This document shows positions 1 to 9,258 of a stretch of DNA of 64,000 nucleotides, piece after piece. Below the pieces are notes generated by a model that saw only the letters and a program-made list of their open reading frames with translations, had not been told where the DNA came from and made no database searches. A program made the position numbers and the translations under genes. Where the stretch lies: positions 2,903 through 66,902 of the forward strand of contig JBPCMN010000042.1 in assembly GCA_051002235.1 (NCBI GenBank). The letters run 5' to 3'. The DNA is from Acidimicrobiia bacterium (GTDB lineage: Bacteria; Actinomycetota; Acidimicrobiia; IMCC26256; JACDBD01). Each line of letters starts with the position of its first letter. The stretch's first letter is position 1.

Positions 1-273
1 GCGCAGGCGCTGGAGCGTCCAGTCGCCGGCGCGCTCGACCGTGGTCGGCTCCCCCGGCAACGGGATGATCGAGCCGAACGACTCCTGGGTGCCGGCGAAC
101 TCGAAGTTGGTGATGTAGTGCTCGACGCCGTCGTGATGGGCAGCGAGTGTGGTGGTGCGCACGAGCTGCACGGCGCCGTTGGCCGCCACCAGGCTTCCGC
201 ACGCCCACGCCGTCGACGCGGTGGCGAGCACGGACACCACCACCAGGACGGCGAACGCGGAGATCCGACGCAT
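1..273 (-). CDS. secreted protein, N-terminal fragment (gene continues past left edge); DUF2330-like
   Basis: Not in ORF track (no in-window stop). ATG at 273 with AAGGGGGA SD upstream. Translates MRRISAFAVLVVVSVLATASTAWACGSLVAANGAVQLVRTT..., a signal peptide plus mature domain. G/C-ending codons. Confidence 0.5.
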   Translation of the reverse strand, partial: MRRISAFAVLVVVSVLATASTAWACGSLVAANGAVQLVRTTTLAAHHDGVEHYITNFEFAGTQESFGSIIPLPGEPTTVERAGDWTLQRLR

Positions 274-345
274 GAGGTCCCCCTTCTCACGGGATGCGAT
301 TCGGGGGTTGGACGCTGCGGGGGGCGGGCCCGGTTCCCGGGAATC

Positions 346-1197
346 TCAGCGGGCGCGCGGCCCGGACCCGTAGTCACCGAAGGGGTCGTCGCGCTCGCGT
401 ACGGCGTCGCGGAACCCGACCTCCTGGGCCCGGGCCACGAAGTCGAGGCCCTCCTGGGTGTGGCGGGCGATGCCGTCGAAGAGGACGCCGAGGGTTCGGC
501 TCGACGCCAGGCCCTGGTTCTCGACTGTTTGATTGCAGAGCAGCTTGAGCATGACGAGCTGGGTGGTCGGGACCTGCGCCATCCGCCGGGCGAGGTCGAA
601 CGCGTGGTCCTGGAGCTGATCGTCGGGGACGGTCTCGAGGACGAGCCCGATGCGGGCGGCCTCGGGCGCGGGGATCTCGTCGCCGGTCAGGAGGTAACGC
701 TTCGCCCGCTCGAGACCCATCCGGTGCACCCACATCGCGGTGGTGGGCGTGCCCCAGACGCGCGACGGCGGGTATCCGAAGGTCGCGCCCTCGGCCGCGA
801 CGATGATGTCGGCGCACAGGACCATGTCGGTGCCGCCGGCGATGCACCACCCCTGCACCGCGGCGATGGTCGGCTTCGACGCGTACCAGAGCTTCATGTA
901 GGTGGCGACGAACCGGTTCATCATCCGGTAGTCGGCCACCGAGTCCCACACCCGATCGGTGCCCTCCCACGCCTGGGCCGCGGTCGACCAGTCGAGCCCG
1001 TAACCCGAGCAGAACGCCGGCCCCTCGGCCCGCAGCAGGATCACCCGCACCGCGGGGTCAGCGTCGTGGACCTCGATGGCGTCGGCGAGCTCATCGCGGA
1101 GCGCGGGCGTGATGGTGTTGTACTCGTCGGCGCGGGTGAGCCAGATCGAGCCGACGCCGTCCTCGACCTCGGTGCGCAGCGTCGTGTACTCGGACAT
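346..1197 (-). CDS. enoyl-CoA hydratase/isomerase (crotonase) family protein
   Basis: ORF 346..1293 trimmed to ATG 1197 (MSEYTTLRTEVEDGVGSIWLTR...). Crotonase-like motifs VILLRAEGPAFCSGYGLD and GWCIAGGTDMVLCADI. Confidence 0.85.
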   Translation of the reverse strand: MSEYTTLRTEVEDGVGSIWLTRADEYNTITPALRDELADAIEVHDADPAVRVILLRAEGPAFCSGYGLDWSTAAQAWEGTDRVWDSVADYRMMNRFVATYMKLWYASKPTIAAVQGWCIAGGTDMVLCADIIVAAEGATFGYPPSRVWGTPTTAMWVHRMGLERAKRYLLTGDEIPAPEAARIGLVLETVPDDQLQDHAFDLARRMAQVPTTQLVMLKLLCNQTVENQGLASSRTLGVLFDGIARHTQEGLDFVARAQEVGFRDAVRERDDPFGDYGSGPRAR

Positions 1198-1213
1198 GCC
1201 GGCGGCGGCGCGC

Positions 1214-1786
1214 TTACTCGTCGACGCCGAAGTTGAGGTAGTAGCGCGACGGGGTGGGCCCCCGCTGCCCCTGGTATTTCGACCCGGTGGCATCGCTGCC
1301 GTACGGCACCTCAGCCGGGGTCGTCATCTTCAGGAACGAGATCTGGCCGATCTTCATGCGGGGATAGAGCGCGATCGGCAGGGTGGCGACGTTGGAGAGC
1401 TCGAGCGTCAGGTGGCCGTTGAAGCCGGCGTCGACGAAACCCGCGGTCACGTGGGTGAGGAGCCCGAGGCGCGCCAGTGACGACTTGCCGTCGAGGCGGG
1501 CGACCAGGTCGTCGGCGATCTCCACCCGCTCGTAGGTCGACGCGAGGACGAACTCGTTGGGATGGAGGATGAACGCCCGCTCGTCGGCGACTTCGACCAG
1601 CTCGGTGAGGTCTTCCTGCGGCTCCTTCGGGTCGATGAACGGCGTCGTGTCGTTGCGGAACACCCGGAAGTACTTGTCGATGCGCAGGTCGACCGACGAC
1701 GGCTGGATCGACGTCTCGTCGAGTGGGTCGATGACGATCCGCCCGGCGGCCAGTTCCTTGCGGATCGTCACGTCCGACAGGATCAC
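1214..1786 (-). CDS. dcd: dCTP deaminase
   Basis: ORF 1214..1822. GTG 1786 ([36 protein letters not shown]...) aligns with the Dcd family N-terminus. Confidence 0.9.
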   Translation of the reverse strand: MILSDVTIRKELAAGRIVIDPLDETSIQPSSVDLRIDKYFRVFRNDTTPFIDPKEPQEDLTELVEVADERAFILHPNEFVLASTYERVEIADDLVARLDGKSSLARLGLLTHVTAGFVDAGFNGHLTLELSNVATLPIALYPRMKIGQISFLKMTTPAEVPYGSDATGSKYQGQRGPTPSRYYLNFGVDE

Positions 1787-1829
1787 GGCGGCGAGGTTAT
1801 CGGCCCCCTTTGGTACCCTCACCGGCTCC

Positions 1830-1900
1830 GCGGGTGTAGTTCAGAGGTAGAACATCAGCTTCCCAAGCTGAGAACGCGGGTTCGATTCCCGTCACCCGCT
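1830..1900 (+). tRNA. tRNA-Gly (anticodon CCC), no encoded CCA
   Basis: Cloverleaf by eye: acceptor GCGGGTG/CACCCGC, D arm GTTC..GAAC, anticodon stem TCAGC/GCTGA with loop TTCCCAA, T arm GCGGG-TTCGATT-CCCGT, discriminator T. Confidence 0.9.
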
Positions 1901-1906
1901 CTCGCC

Positions 1907-2446
1907 ATGAGCCTCAAGGCGCGACTCGACGAGCGGTGCGGGAGCGAGCTCGACCTCGTCAAGACGGTGCTCGCGGTGAGCCGGATTCCGTACGGACGGC
2001 CGAGCGTCCTCACTCCCGACGCAGTGCTCGACGAGTGGCACGGGACGTGCTCCACCAAGCACCTGCTCCTGGCCGAGATGGCCCGCGAGGAGTGGCCGCG
2101 CACCGGACCGGAGCTCTGGCACCGCCCGTATCTCGTCACCCGCGAACTGGCCCGGGAGCGCTGGGGGTCAACGGTCGCCGAGACCGTTCCCGAGGACGGC
2201 CTGGTCGACGTGCACACGTTCGCCACGCTCGAGGTCGACGGACGGCGGGTGAACGTGGACGTGACGTTCCCGCTCGCGGGCTGGGACGGACGCGCTGACG
2301 TCCCACTCGCCTGCGGGGACGGTGACCACCACCCTGCCGGCGACGACCCGCTCGCCACCAAGGCCGACCTCGTGCGGCGGCATTGCGATCCGGAGATCCG
2401 CGAGCCGTTCCTCGCCGCCCTCGCAGCTGCGGAGGTCCGCGGCTAG
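1907..2446 (+). CDS. hypothetical protein (possible Cys/His/Asp papain- or transglutaminase-like fold)
   Basis: ORF 1562..2446 trimmed to ATG 1907, because the upstream part reads through the tRNA. Strong GC3 bias. Motifs GTCSTKH and DVHTF...VDVT suggest a Cys-His-Asp triad; that is inference only. Confidence 0.6.
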   Translation: MSLKARLDERCGSELDLVKTVLAVSRIPYGRPSVLTPDAVLDEWHGTCSTKHLLLAEMAREEWPRTGPELWHRPYLVTRELARERWGSTVAETVPEDGLVDVHTFATLEVDGRRVNVDVTFPLAGWDGRADVPLACGDGDHHPAGDDPLATKADLVRRHCDPEIREPFLAALAAAEVRG

Positions 2447-2458
2447 ATTTCCCGGCAG

Positions 2459-2860
2459 ATGCCGACATTTCGGCCGGGACAGGCCGCAGAACTGCTCGGC
2501 GTGAGCGTCGACACGGTGCGGCGCTGGGCCGACAGCGGCAAGCTGCCCACCCACCGCAGCGAGGGTGGCCAGCGGGTGATCGACGGTCCCGACCTCGCCC
2601 GCTTCCTCGCCGCCGCGCCGCACGCGCCCGAGCCCGAGGTGATCGTCGGCCGGTCGGCCCGGAACCGGCTCCCCGGGATCGTCACCCGGGTGGAGAAGGA
2701 CAAGATCACCGCCCTGGTCGAGATCCAAGCCGGACCGCACCGGGTGGTGTCGCTCATGACGCGCGAGGCCGCCGACGAGCTCGAGCTCGCGCCCGGTGAC
2801 CTCGCGGTCGCGGCCGTGAAGGCCACCAACGTGGTCGTCGAGGTGCCGCGCCGATCGTGA
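2459..2860 (+). CDS. molybdate-responsive regulator, MerR/excisionase-type HTH fused to TOBE/Mop domain (ModE-like)
   Basis: N-terminal HTH LLGVSVDTVRRWADSGKL. C-terminal TOBE-like NRLPGIVTRVEKDKITALVEIQAG...AAVKATNVVV. GTGA overlap with modA. Confidence 0.75.
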   Translation: MPTFRPGQAAELLGVSVDTVRRWADSGKLPTHRSEGGQRVIDGPDLARFLAAAPHAPEPEVIVGRSARNRLPGIVTRVEKDKITALVEIQAGPHRVVSLMTREAADELELAPGDLAVAAVKATNVVVEVPRRS

Positions 2861-3621
2861 CGAGAAGGATTGCGGCCGCCTGCGCCGCGGTGGTCGCGGC
2901 CGCGGCCTGTGGCGGTGACGACGGTCGAGGCAACGACGGGGGCCGACTGTCCGGCACCGTCACGGTGCTGGCGGCGGCGTCGCTGACGGAACCATTCGAG
3001 CAGCTCGGCGACGACTTCGAGGCCGAGCACCCCGACGTCGACGTCGAGTTCAGCTTCGCGGCGTCGTCGGAGCTCGTGGTCCAGATCGAGCAGGGTGCTC
3101 CGGCCGATGTGTTCGCGTCCGCCGACGAGTCGAGCATGCAGAAAGTCGTGGACTCGGGCGATGTCGCCGCGGAGCCCGCGATCTTCACCCGCAACCGGCT
3201 CGCGATCGCGGTCGAGGAGGGCAACCCCCGTGACATCGACGGGCTCGCGGATCTGGACGAGCCCGGCCTCGTCGTCGTGTTGTGCGCGCAGCAGGTACCG
3301 TGCGGGAAGTTCGCCGACAAAGCACTGGCGAACGCGGGCGTGTCGGTCACGCCGGCGTCGCGCGCCGAGAACGTCAAGGCGGCGCTCACGCTGGTCGAGC
3401 TGGGCGAGGCCGACGCCGCCATCGTCTACGCGACCGACGTGCTGGCCGGTGGCACGGTCGAAGGCGTCACGATCCCCGACGACGAGAACGTGATCGCGGC
3501 GTACCCGATCGCCCCGTTGGCGGAGGCCGGCAACCAGGCGGCCGCCCGGCCGTTCGTGCGCTTCGTGCGCTCGGCCGAGGGCCAGCGGGTGCTGCGGGAG
3601 TTCGGGTTCCTCCCACCGTGA
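2857..3621 (+). CDS. modA: molybdate ABC transporter substrate-binding protein
   Basis: 254 aa with a lipoprotein-like N-terminus (AAACGGDDG). ModA-like body (VTVLAAASL...ADVFASAD...AIVYATDV). Position before modB/modC. Confidence 0.9.
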   Translation: MTRRIAAACAAVVAAAACGGDDGRGNDGGRLSGTVTVLAAASLTEPFEQLGDDFEAEHPDVDVEFSFAASSELVVQIEQGAPADVFASADESSMQKVVDSGDVAAEPAIFTRNRLAIAVEEGNPRDIDGLADLDEPGLVVVLCAQQVPCGKFADKALANAGVSVTPASRAENVKAALTLVELGEADAAIVYATDVLAGGTVEGVTIPDDENVIAAYPIAPLAEAGNQAAARPFVRFVRSAEGQRVLREFGFLPP

Positions 3622-4451
3622 CCGCCGCCCGCCGCCGACCCGGTCAGGTCCCCTTCCTCCTCGTGGTGCCGGCGGGGCTGGCGCTGGTCGCGTTCTTCAT
3701 TCTGCCCACGATCGGGCTGGTCGAGCGCACGCCCTGGACCGACCTCTTCGGGCTGCTCGGCGAACCGTCGGTGCGCGAAGCATTGCGCCTGTCGCTGGTG
3801 TGCTCGCTGTCGGCGACCGCTCTGTCGGTGGTGCTGGGCGTCCCCCTCGCCTGGCTGCTCGCCCGGGCGCCGCTCCCCGGGCGCGGCGTCGTACGCGCCC
3901 TCGTCCTGCTGCCGATGGTGCTCCCGCCGGTCGTGGGCGGCGTCGCCCTGCTCCTCGCGTTCGGTCGGCGCGGTCTCGCGGGGCAATGGCTCGAGCAGTG
4001 GTTCGACCTCCGGCTGCCCTTCACCACCCCGGGCGTGGTCCTGGCCGAGACCTTCGTGGCGATGCCGTTCCTCGTCATCACGGTCGAGGGTGCGCTGCGC
4101 TCGCTCGATCCCCGCTACGAGGACGCTGCGGCCACGCTCGGCGCCAGCCGGCTCACCGTGCTGCGCCGGGTGACCCTGCCGATGATCAGGCCCTCGCTCG
4201 TGGCCGGCGCGCTGCTCACGTGGGCCCGCGCCCTGGGAGAGTTCGGCGCGACCATCACCTTCGCCGGCAACTTCGAGGGTCGCACCCAGACGATGCCGTT
4301 GGCGGTGTTCATCGCCCTCGAGACGAACCCGGCCGCCGCCATCGCCCTGAGCCTGGTGCTCCTGGCCATCTCGGTCACCGTCCTCGCGGTCGTCGGCGGT
4401 CGGGTCTTCGGGGGTCGGCGCGCGCCGGCGGCGCAGCCGGTGCCGTTGTGA
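3618..4451 (+). CDS. modB: molybdate ABC transporter permease
   Basis: GTG 3618 overlaps the modA stop (GTGA). Multi-TM protein with permease EAA-type loop (EDAAATLGASRLTVLRRVTLP). The long upstream part of ORF 3282.. was rejected. Confidence 0.9.
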   Translation: MTAARRRPGQVPFLLVVPAGLALVAFFILPTIGLVERTPWTDLFGLLGEPSVREALRLSLVCSLSATALSVVLGVPLAWLLARAPLPGRGVVRALVLLPMVLPPVVGGVALLLAFGRRGLAGQWLEQWFDLRLPFTTPGVVLAETFVAMPFLVITVEGALRSLDPRYEDAAATLGASRLTVLRRVTLPMIRPSLVAGALLTWARALGEFGATITFAGNFEGRTQTMPLAVFIALETNPAAAIALSLVLLAISVTVLAVVGGRVFGGRRAPAAQPVPL

Positions 4452-5506
4452 CGCTCGACACCCACGTCCGGCTCCGACTCGGCGCGCTCGAACTCGACCT
4501 CGAGCTCACGGCGCCGCCCGGTGAGCTGGTCGTGGTGGTGGGCCCCAACGGCGCGGGCAAGACCACGCTGTTGCGCGCCCTCGCCGGCCTCCAGCCGCTC
4601 GACGCCGGGCACGTGACCCTCGACGGCGTCGCGCTCGACGACGCCGATGCGGGGGTGCTGGTACCGCCCGAGCGCCGCCCGGTAGGGATCGTGTTTCAAG
4701 ACGGGCTGCTCTTCCCCCACCTCAGTGCACTCGAGAACGTCGCCTTCGGTCTGCGCAGCCGGGGTGTCGGGCGCGGTGAAGCCCGTCGGCAGGCCGCCGG
4801 CTGGCTGCGACGGGTCGGCCTCGCCGGTCGGGAGCACGTCCGTCCCGGCGAGCTCTCCGGCGGGCAGGCGCAACGGGTGGCGCTCGCCCGGGCGCTGGCT
4901 CCGCAGCCCCGGCTGCTGCTCCTGGACGAACCGTTGGCGGCGCTCGACGCGACCACCCGGGCCGAGGTCCGGCGCGACCTCCGTCGTCACCTCGACTCGT
5001 ACGACGGCGTCCGGATCCTCGTGACCCACGATCCGCTCGAAGCGCTCGTGCTCGCGACCACGATCGTCGTCATCGAGGACGGTCGAGTGGTCCAGTCGGG
5101 CCCACCGGACGAGGTGCGAGGGCGGCCACGGTCCCGCTACGTCGCGGATCTCGTGGGCGTGAACCTGCTGGAGGGGACGGTCCGCGGCCACGACGTCGTG
5201 CTCCGTAGCGGGGCGCGGCTGACGGTCGCGGACGTGCCGTCGCCGGGCGACGTGCTCGCGGTCCTGCACCCCCGGGCGGTCGCGCTCCATCGCGGGGAAC
5301 GACCCGCCGGCAGTCCGCGCAACGTGTGGGAGGGGACCGTCGGCGCGCTCGACTTCGAGGGCGACCGGGTGCGGGTGCGGCTCGAGGGCCCCGTTCCGCT
5401 GGTCGCGGAGGTGACCCCGGCGGCCGTCCACGACCTTGGCGTCGAGGAGGGGAGCACCCTCTGGGCGTCGGTGAAGGCGACCGAGATCGCGGTGTACCCG
5501 GCGTAG
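4448..5506 (+). CDS. modC: molybdate ABC transporter ATP-binding protein
   Basis: GTG 4448 overlaps the modB stop. Walker A GPNGAGKT, signature LSGGQAQR, Walker B LLLLDEP, C-terminal TOBE-like domain. Confidence 0.9.
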   Translation: MTLDTHVRLRLGALELDLELTAPPGELVVVVGPNGAGKTTLLRALAGLQPLDAGHVTLDGVALDDADAGVLVPPERRPVGIVFQDGLLFPHLSALENVAFGLRSRGVGRGEARRQAAGWLRRVGLAGREHVRPGELSGGQAQRVALARALAPQPRLLLLDEPLAALDATTRAEVRRDLRRHLDSYDGVRILVTHDPLEALVLATTIVVIEDGRVVQSGPPDEVRGRPRSRYVADLVGVNLLEGTVRGHDVVLRSGARLTVADVPSPGDVLAVLHPRAVALHRGERPAGSPRNVWEGTVGALDFEGDRVRVRLEGPVPLVAEVTPAAVHDLGVEEGSTLWASVKATEIAVYPA

Positions 5507-5537
5507 AGCTCAGCCTTCCCGCTCTCGGCGCTTCGCC

Positions 5538-5771
5538 TCAGCCGGCCAGCAGCGAGCCGACCCCCCAGACCATGACGACAAATCCGAGCGCCATGTACAC
5601 GACGGTGCGCGCCACCGGTGCCTCCGGCAAGTCGGCACTTCGCGGCTTTCGCCCCACCGGTGTTGCCTGGCGGTCACGCCGGCGACGCACCAGCGCCACC
5701 AGGTTGCCGATGAACAGGGCCGCGCCGACCGCCGCGATCACCTCGAGCAGCAGCTCGTCGTAGAAGCTCAT
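5538..5771 (-). CDS. small membrane protein (2 TM)
   Basis: ORF 5538..6071 trimmed to ATG 5771. MSFYDELLLEVIAAVGAALFIGNLVALV...VVYMALGFVVMVWGVGSLLAG has two hydrophobic helices. Confidence 0.45.
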   Translation of the reverse strand: MSFYDELLLEVIAAVGAALFIGNLVALVRRRRDRQATPVGRKPRSADLPEAPVARTVVYMALGFVVMVWGVGSLLAG

Positions 5772-5776
5772 TGCAG

Positions 5777-6325
5777 TTATCCCGGCTTCCACACCATCAA
5801 GGCGAGGATGAGCACGAGGTCGACGTTGAGGATCGCGCCGGCGAGCCCGACCCGTTTGGCGCGCTCCTGCATCTCCTGCACCTGCGGCGGCAGCGAGCTC
5901 GCCGGCGAAGGCGTAGCCGAGGGCTCGCCCGGCGGCGCGCCCATGTGGACGAGCTGCTCCATGAGCGAGTTCATGCGCCGGACGTTGGGGCGGAGAATGC
6001 CGTGGGCGACGCCCAGACCGACGACGTAGAGCACGATCGCGCCCCAGATCCAGGTGTCGCCGAACTCCCACACTCGGCTCCCACGATTTTCGCTGAACAA
6101 CACGAGGAGGATCCCGGTCACGAACACCCCGTAGATGAAGTACTCGGCGATGCTCGAGACCAGGTAGTTCGCCTGGGCGATGGCGAGGCCTTCGGCACCG
6201 CGGCGCCCCTTTGCCTGCCCTCCGTAGATGGCGTTGAGGAACGACGCACCGAACCCAACGATGGCCGCCAGGATGTGCACCAGCAGGATGAGCTTGTACG
6301 GACCGTCGAGATATGCCGCGAGCAC
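5777..6325 (-). CDS. integral membrane protein (DUF2269-like)
   Basis: 182-aa ORF with about 4 hydrophobic helices and GC3-rich codons. No enzymatic motif recognised. Confidence 0.6.
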   Translation of the reverse strand: MLAAYLDGPYKLILLVHILAAIVGFGASFLNAIYGGQAKGRRGAEGLAIAQANYLVSSIAEYFIYGVFVTGILLVLFSENRGSRVWEFGDTWIWGAIVLYVVGLGVAHGILRPNVRRMNSLMEQLVHMGAPPGEPSATPSPASSLPPQVQEMQERAKRVGLAGAILNVDLVLILALMVWKPG

Positions 6326-6381
6326 CGTGAACCTCCCCTGTCGCCCGGCCGCATGGTAGAGGCCTGTGCTACAACGCGCCC

Positions 6382-7041
6382 GTGCGGCTGCTGATCGCGT
6401 GGTGCTCGGTCGAGTACGAGGGCCGCCTCGGCGCCCGACTCCCCCCGGCGCTGCGTCTCGTCATGCTCAAGTCCGACGGTTCCATCGCGGTGCACTGCGA
6501 CGCCAAGGCGTACAAGCCGTTGAACTGGATGAGCCCGCCCTGCACGATCCGGGAAGAGGAGGGCGCGATCACGGCGGTGACGGCCGGGGGCGAGCGGCTC
6601 ACGATCGAGCTACACGAAGTTGTCCACGACCACACCGTCGATCTCGGCGACGACCCCGGCCTGGCCAAGGACGGTGTGGAGACCGAGCTCCAGCAGTTGA
6701 TCGCGGCGCGGGTGCAGGCGCTGCGCGCCGACCTGCGCCTCGTGCGCCGCGAGTACCCGACCGACATCGGCCCCGTCGACCTGCTGTGTCGCGACGGCGA
6801 CGGCCGGGCGGTGGTGGTCGAGGTGAAGCGGGTCGGCGAGATCGCCGGGGTCGAGCAGCTGCTGCGCTACCAGCAGCGCCTCGACGGGGACTCCTCGCTG
6901 GCGCCGACGCTCGGGATGCTGGTGGCGACCCGCATCAAGCCCCAGGCGCGCGTGTTCGCCGAGAGCCGCGGCGTCGAGTGCGTCGAGGTCGACCTCCAGG
7001 AGCTGCGGACGGGCGCACCCGTCGACCCTCGCCTCTTCTGA
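6382..7041 (+). CDS. nucS: endonuclease NucS (EndoMS), non-canonical mismatch repair
   Basis: 219 aa. MRLLIAWCSVEYEGRLGARL...PVDLLCRDGDGRAVVVEVKR matches the NucS/EndoMS family (N-terminal DNA-binding domain plus RecB-like nuclease). Confidence 0.9.
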   Translation: MRLLIAWCSVEYEGRLGARLPPALRLVMLKSDGSIAVHCDAKAYKPLNWMSPPCTIREEEGAITAVTAGGERLTIELHEVVHDHTVDLGDDPGLAKDGVETELQQLIAARVQALRADLRLVRREYPTDIGPVDLLCRDGDGRAVVVEVKRVGEIAGVEQLLRYQQRLDGDSSLAPTLGMLVATRIKPQARVFAESRGVECVEVDLQELRTGAPVDPRLF

Positions 7042-7061
7042 CCTTTCTGGGCTCAGTCGTC

Positions 7062-7841
7062 TCAGTCGCGGTCGAACCGGGGCTTGCGCTTCTCGAGGAA
7101 GGCGGCGAAGCCCTCCTGGGCATCGGGTGACGTTCCCGCCCGCGCCATCACGTCCATGGCGTAGCGGTAGGCATCGGTCTGGGGCAGCTCGATCTGCGCG
7201 TAGAAGGCCTGTTTCCCCAGCCCCTTCGACGTCGCGCTCCCGCGGGTGGCCCGGCGCAGCAGCTCGATCGTCGCCTCGTCCAAGTCGGGCTCGGGCACGA
7301 CTTGGTTGACCAGACCCCAATCGGACGCGGTGGCGGCGTCCACGGTGTCGCCGGTCATCGCGAGCTCCAGCGCCCGCTTGCGCCCCACGTTGCGGGCAAC
7401 CGCAACCAGGGGCGTGTGGCAGAACCACCCGCCCTTCCCCCCCGGGATCGCGAACGCGGCGCTGTCGGCGGCGACCGCGAGATCGGCGGTGGCAACGAGC
7501 TGGCACCCGGCGGCGGTGGCGAGGCCGTGCACCCGGGCGACGACGGGTTGGGGGATGGACTGCATGGTCGTCATCAGCTCGGTGCACGCGGCGAGCAGCG
7601 CCTGCAGCGCGTCGAGATCGGCACCGGCAAGGTCGGCGAAGTCGTGGCCGGCGGAGAAGACCGGCCCGTTACCGGCGAGGATGACGCCGCGGGCGTCGCT
7701 GTCGCCCGTGGCCTGGAACCCGGCGGTCAGCTCGCGCATCAACTCGAGCGACAGCGCGTTGCGCCGCTCGGGGCGGTTCATCGTGATGGTGGTGAAGCCC
7801 GCTTCGGACTTCACGATCACGTCGTCGCTCACCGCGTCCAC
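7062..7841 (-). CDS. enoyl-CoA hydratase/isomerase family protein
   Basis: 259 aa. Crotonase motifs ITMNRPERRNAL, VILAGNGPVFSAGHD and GLATAAGCQLVATADLAVA. Confidence 0.85.
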   Translation of the reverse strand: MDAVSDDVIVKSEAGFTTITMNRPERRNALSLELMRELTAGFQATGDSDARGVILAGNGPVFSAGHDFADLAGADLDALQALLAACTELMTTMQSIPQPVVARVHGLATAAGCQLVATADLAVAADSAAFAIPGGKGGWFCHTPLVAVARNVGRKRALELAMTGDTVDAATASDWGLVNQVVPEPDLDEATIELLRRATRGSATSKGLGKQAFYAQIELPQTDAYRYAMDVMARAGTSPDAQEGFAAFLEKRKPRFDRD

Positions 7842-7866
7842 GGTAGCGCCGTGCTCCTACTGCTGA

Positions 7867-9258
7867 TCAGTCGCGGGCCATGTTGGCGAACTTGGTGAGG
7901 TGGTCTAGGAAGGCCAGGCGCGTGGAGCCGGTCGGACCGTTCCGGTGCTTGGCCACGATGATCTCGGCGGTCCCCCGCTGGTCGGACTCGGGGTTGTACA
8001 GCTCGTCGCGGTAGATGAAGCACACGACGTCGGCGTCCTGCTCCAGGCCTCCACTTTCGCGAAGGTCGGCGAGCATCGGACGCTTGTCCTGGCGGTACTC
8101 CAGTTGCCGGTTCAACTGCGACAGCGCCATCACCGGGCAGTCGAGCTCACGGGCGAGGATCTTGAGGCCCCGCGAGAGCTCCGACACCTCGACCTGGCGG
8201 TTCTCGGCGGTGCGGCGCACGCCGGTGCTCATGAGTTGGATGTAGTCGACCACGATCATGCCGAGGTCGCCGTGACGGGCCTTGATGCGCCGGGCCTTGG
8301 CCCGCATCTCCATCACCGTGCAGTGGGGGTTGTCGTCGATGAAGAGCGGGGCCTCGGCGAGACGCCCAACCGCGTGGCTCAATCGGGTCCAGTCGCCCTC
8401 GGGGATGTTGCCGGTCCAGAGCTTGCGGGCCTCGACCCGGGCCTCACCGGCGAGGAGTCGCTTGGTGAGCTCGAGGTTGCCCATCTCCATCGAGAAGAAG
8501 ATCGTCGGGCGATGGCTCACGAGCGCGGCGTTGGCCGCCGCGCCCAGCGCGAACGACGTCTTGCCCGCCCCCGGTCTCGCCGCCACGATCACGAGGTTCG
8601 ATGGCTGCAACCCGAGCAGCAGGTCGTCGAGCTCGTGGTACCCGGTCGGGACACCGGTCACGTCGGTGTCGCGCCCGTACATCGACTCGAGCTGGTCGAG
8701 CGTCGTCTGGAGCGATTCGGAGATGGGAGTCAGCGACTCGGCGACACGCCGCTCGGCCACCTCGAACACGAGCGACTCGGCCCGGTCGAGCGTCTCGGTC
8801 ACGTCGTCGGGCGCCTCGTACCCCATCTCGGCGATGTCGCCCGCGACCGCGATCAGCCGGCGCAGCAGCGCCAGCTCGCTGACGATGGTGGCGTAGTGCC
8901 CGGCGTTGGCCGACGCCGGCGTGCCCGCCTGGATCCGCAACAGCGTCGCCTTGCCGCCGAGCGCATCGAGCAGCTCGGACTTCCGGAGCTCCTCGGCCAC
9001 GGTGACGGGATCGACGGGCTCGCCCTGGCCGTACAGGGCCATGACCGCTTCGAAGATGTGGGTGTGGGCGGGCTTGTAGAAGTCGGTCGAGTCGACGCGC
9101 GCTTCGACCGCGGCCGTGATCGCGTCGCGCGACAACAGCATCGCGCCCAGGAGCGACTCCTCGGCCTCGAGGTTGTGGGGCGGGACGCGACCACTCGAAC
9201 GTCGGCGACCCTCCTCGAGCAACTGGACCACGCCGCTCCCTTCGACCGTGCCGTTCAC
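7867..9258 (-). CDS. dnaB: replicative DNA helicase
   Basis: 463 aa. PPHNLEAEESLLGAML N-terminal domain, Walker A AARPGAGKTSF, DLGMIVVDYIQLM. No intein insertion. Confidence 0.95.
   Translation of the reverse strand: MNGTVEGSGVVQLLEEGRRRSSGRVPPHNLEAEESLLGAMLLSRDAITAAVEARVDSTDFYKPAHTHIFEAVMALYGQGEPVDPVTVAEELRKSELLDALGGKATLLRIQAGTPASANAGHYATIVSELALLRRLIAVAGDIAEMGYEAPDDVTETLDRAESLVFEVAERRVAESLTPISESLQTTLDQLESMYGRDTDVTGVPTGYHELDDLLLGLQPSNLVIVAARPGAGKTSFALGAAANAALVSHRPTIFFSMEMGNLELTKRLLAGEARVEARKLWTGNIPEGDWTRLSHAVGRLAEAPLFIDDNPHCTVMEMRAKARRIKARHGDLGMIVVDYIQLMSTGVRRTAENRQVEVSELSRGLKILARELDCPVMALSQLNRQLEYRQDKRPMLADLRESGGLEQDADVVCFIYRDELYNPESDQRGTAEIIVAKHRNGPTGSTRLAFLDHLTKFANMARD

Noticed and set aside
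118-1236. 372-aa plus-strand ORF, and similar very long ORFs antisense or out of frame to real genes (e.g. 28377..30554, 21431..23803, 41974..44232, 46793..48340, 37527..39392)
   Set aside because: Arg/Gly/Pro/Ala-rich translations with no recognisable domains. They overlap well-supported genes (crotonase, trxB, Rv3909-like, gyrB, gyrA, dnaA). Stop codons are rare in such GC-rich DNA, so long spurious ORFs are expected.
1562-1906. N-terminal 115 codons of ORF 1562..2446
   Set aside because: This part reads antisense through dcd and straight through tRNA-Gly. The credible CDS starts at ATG 1907.
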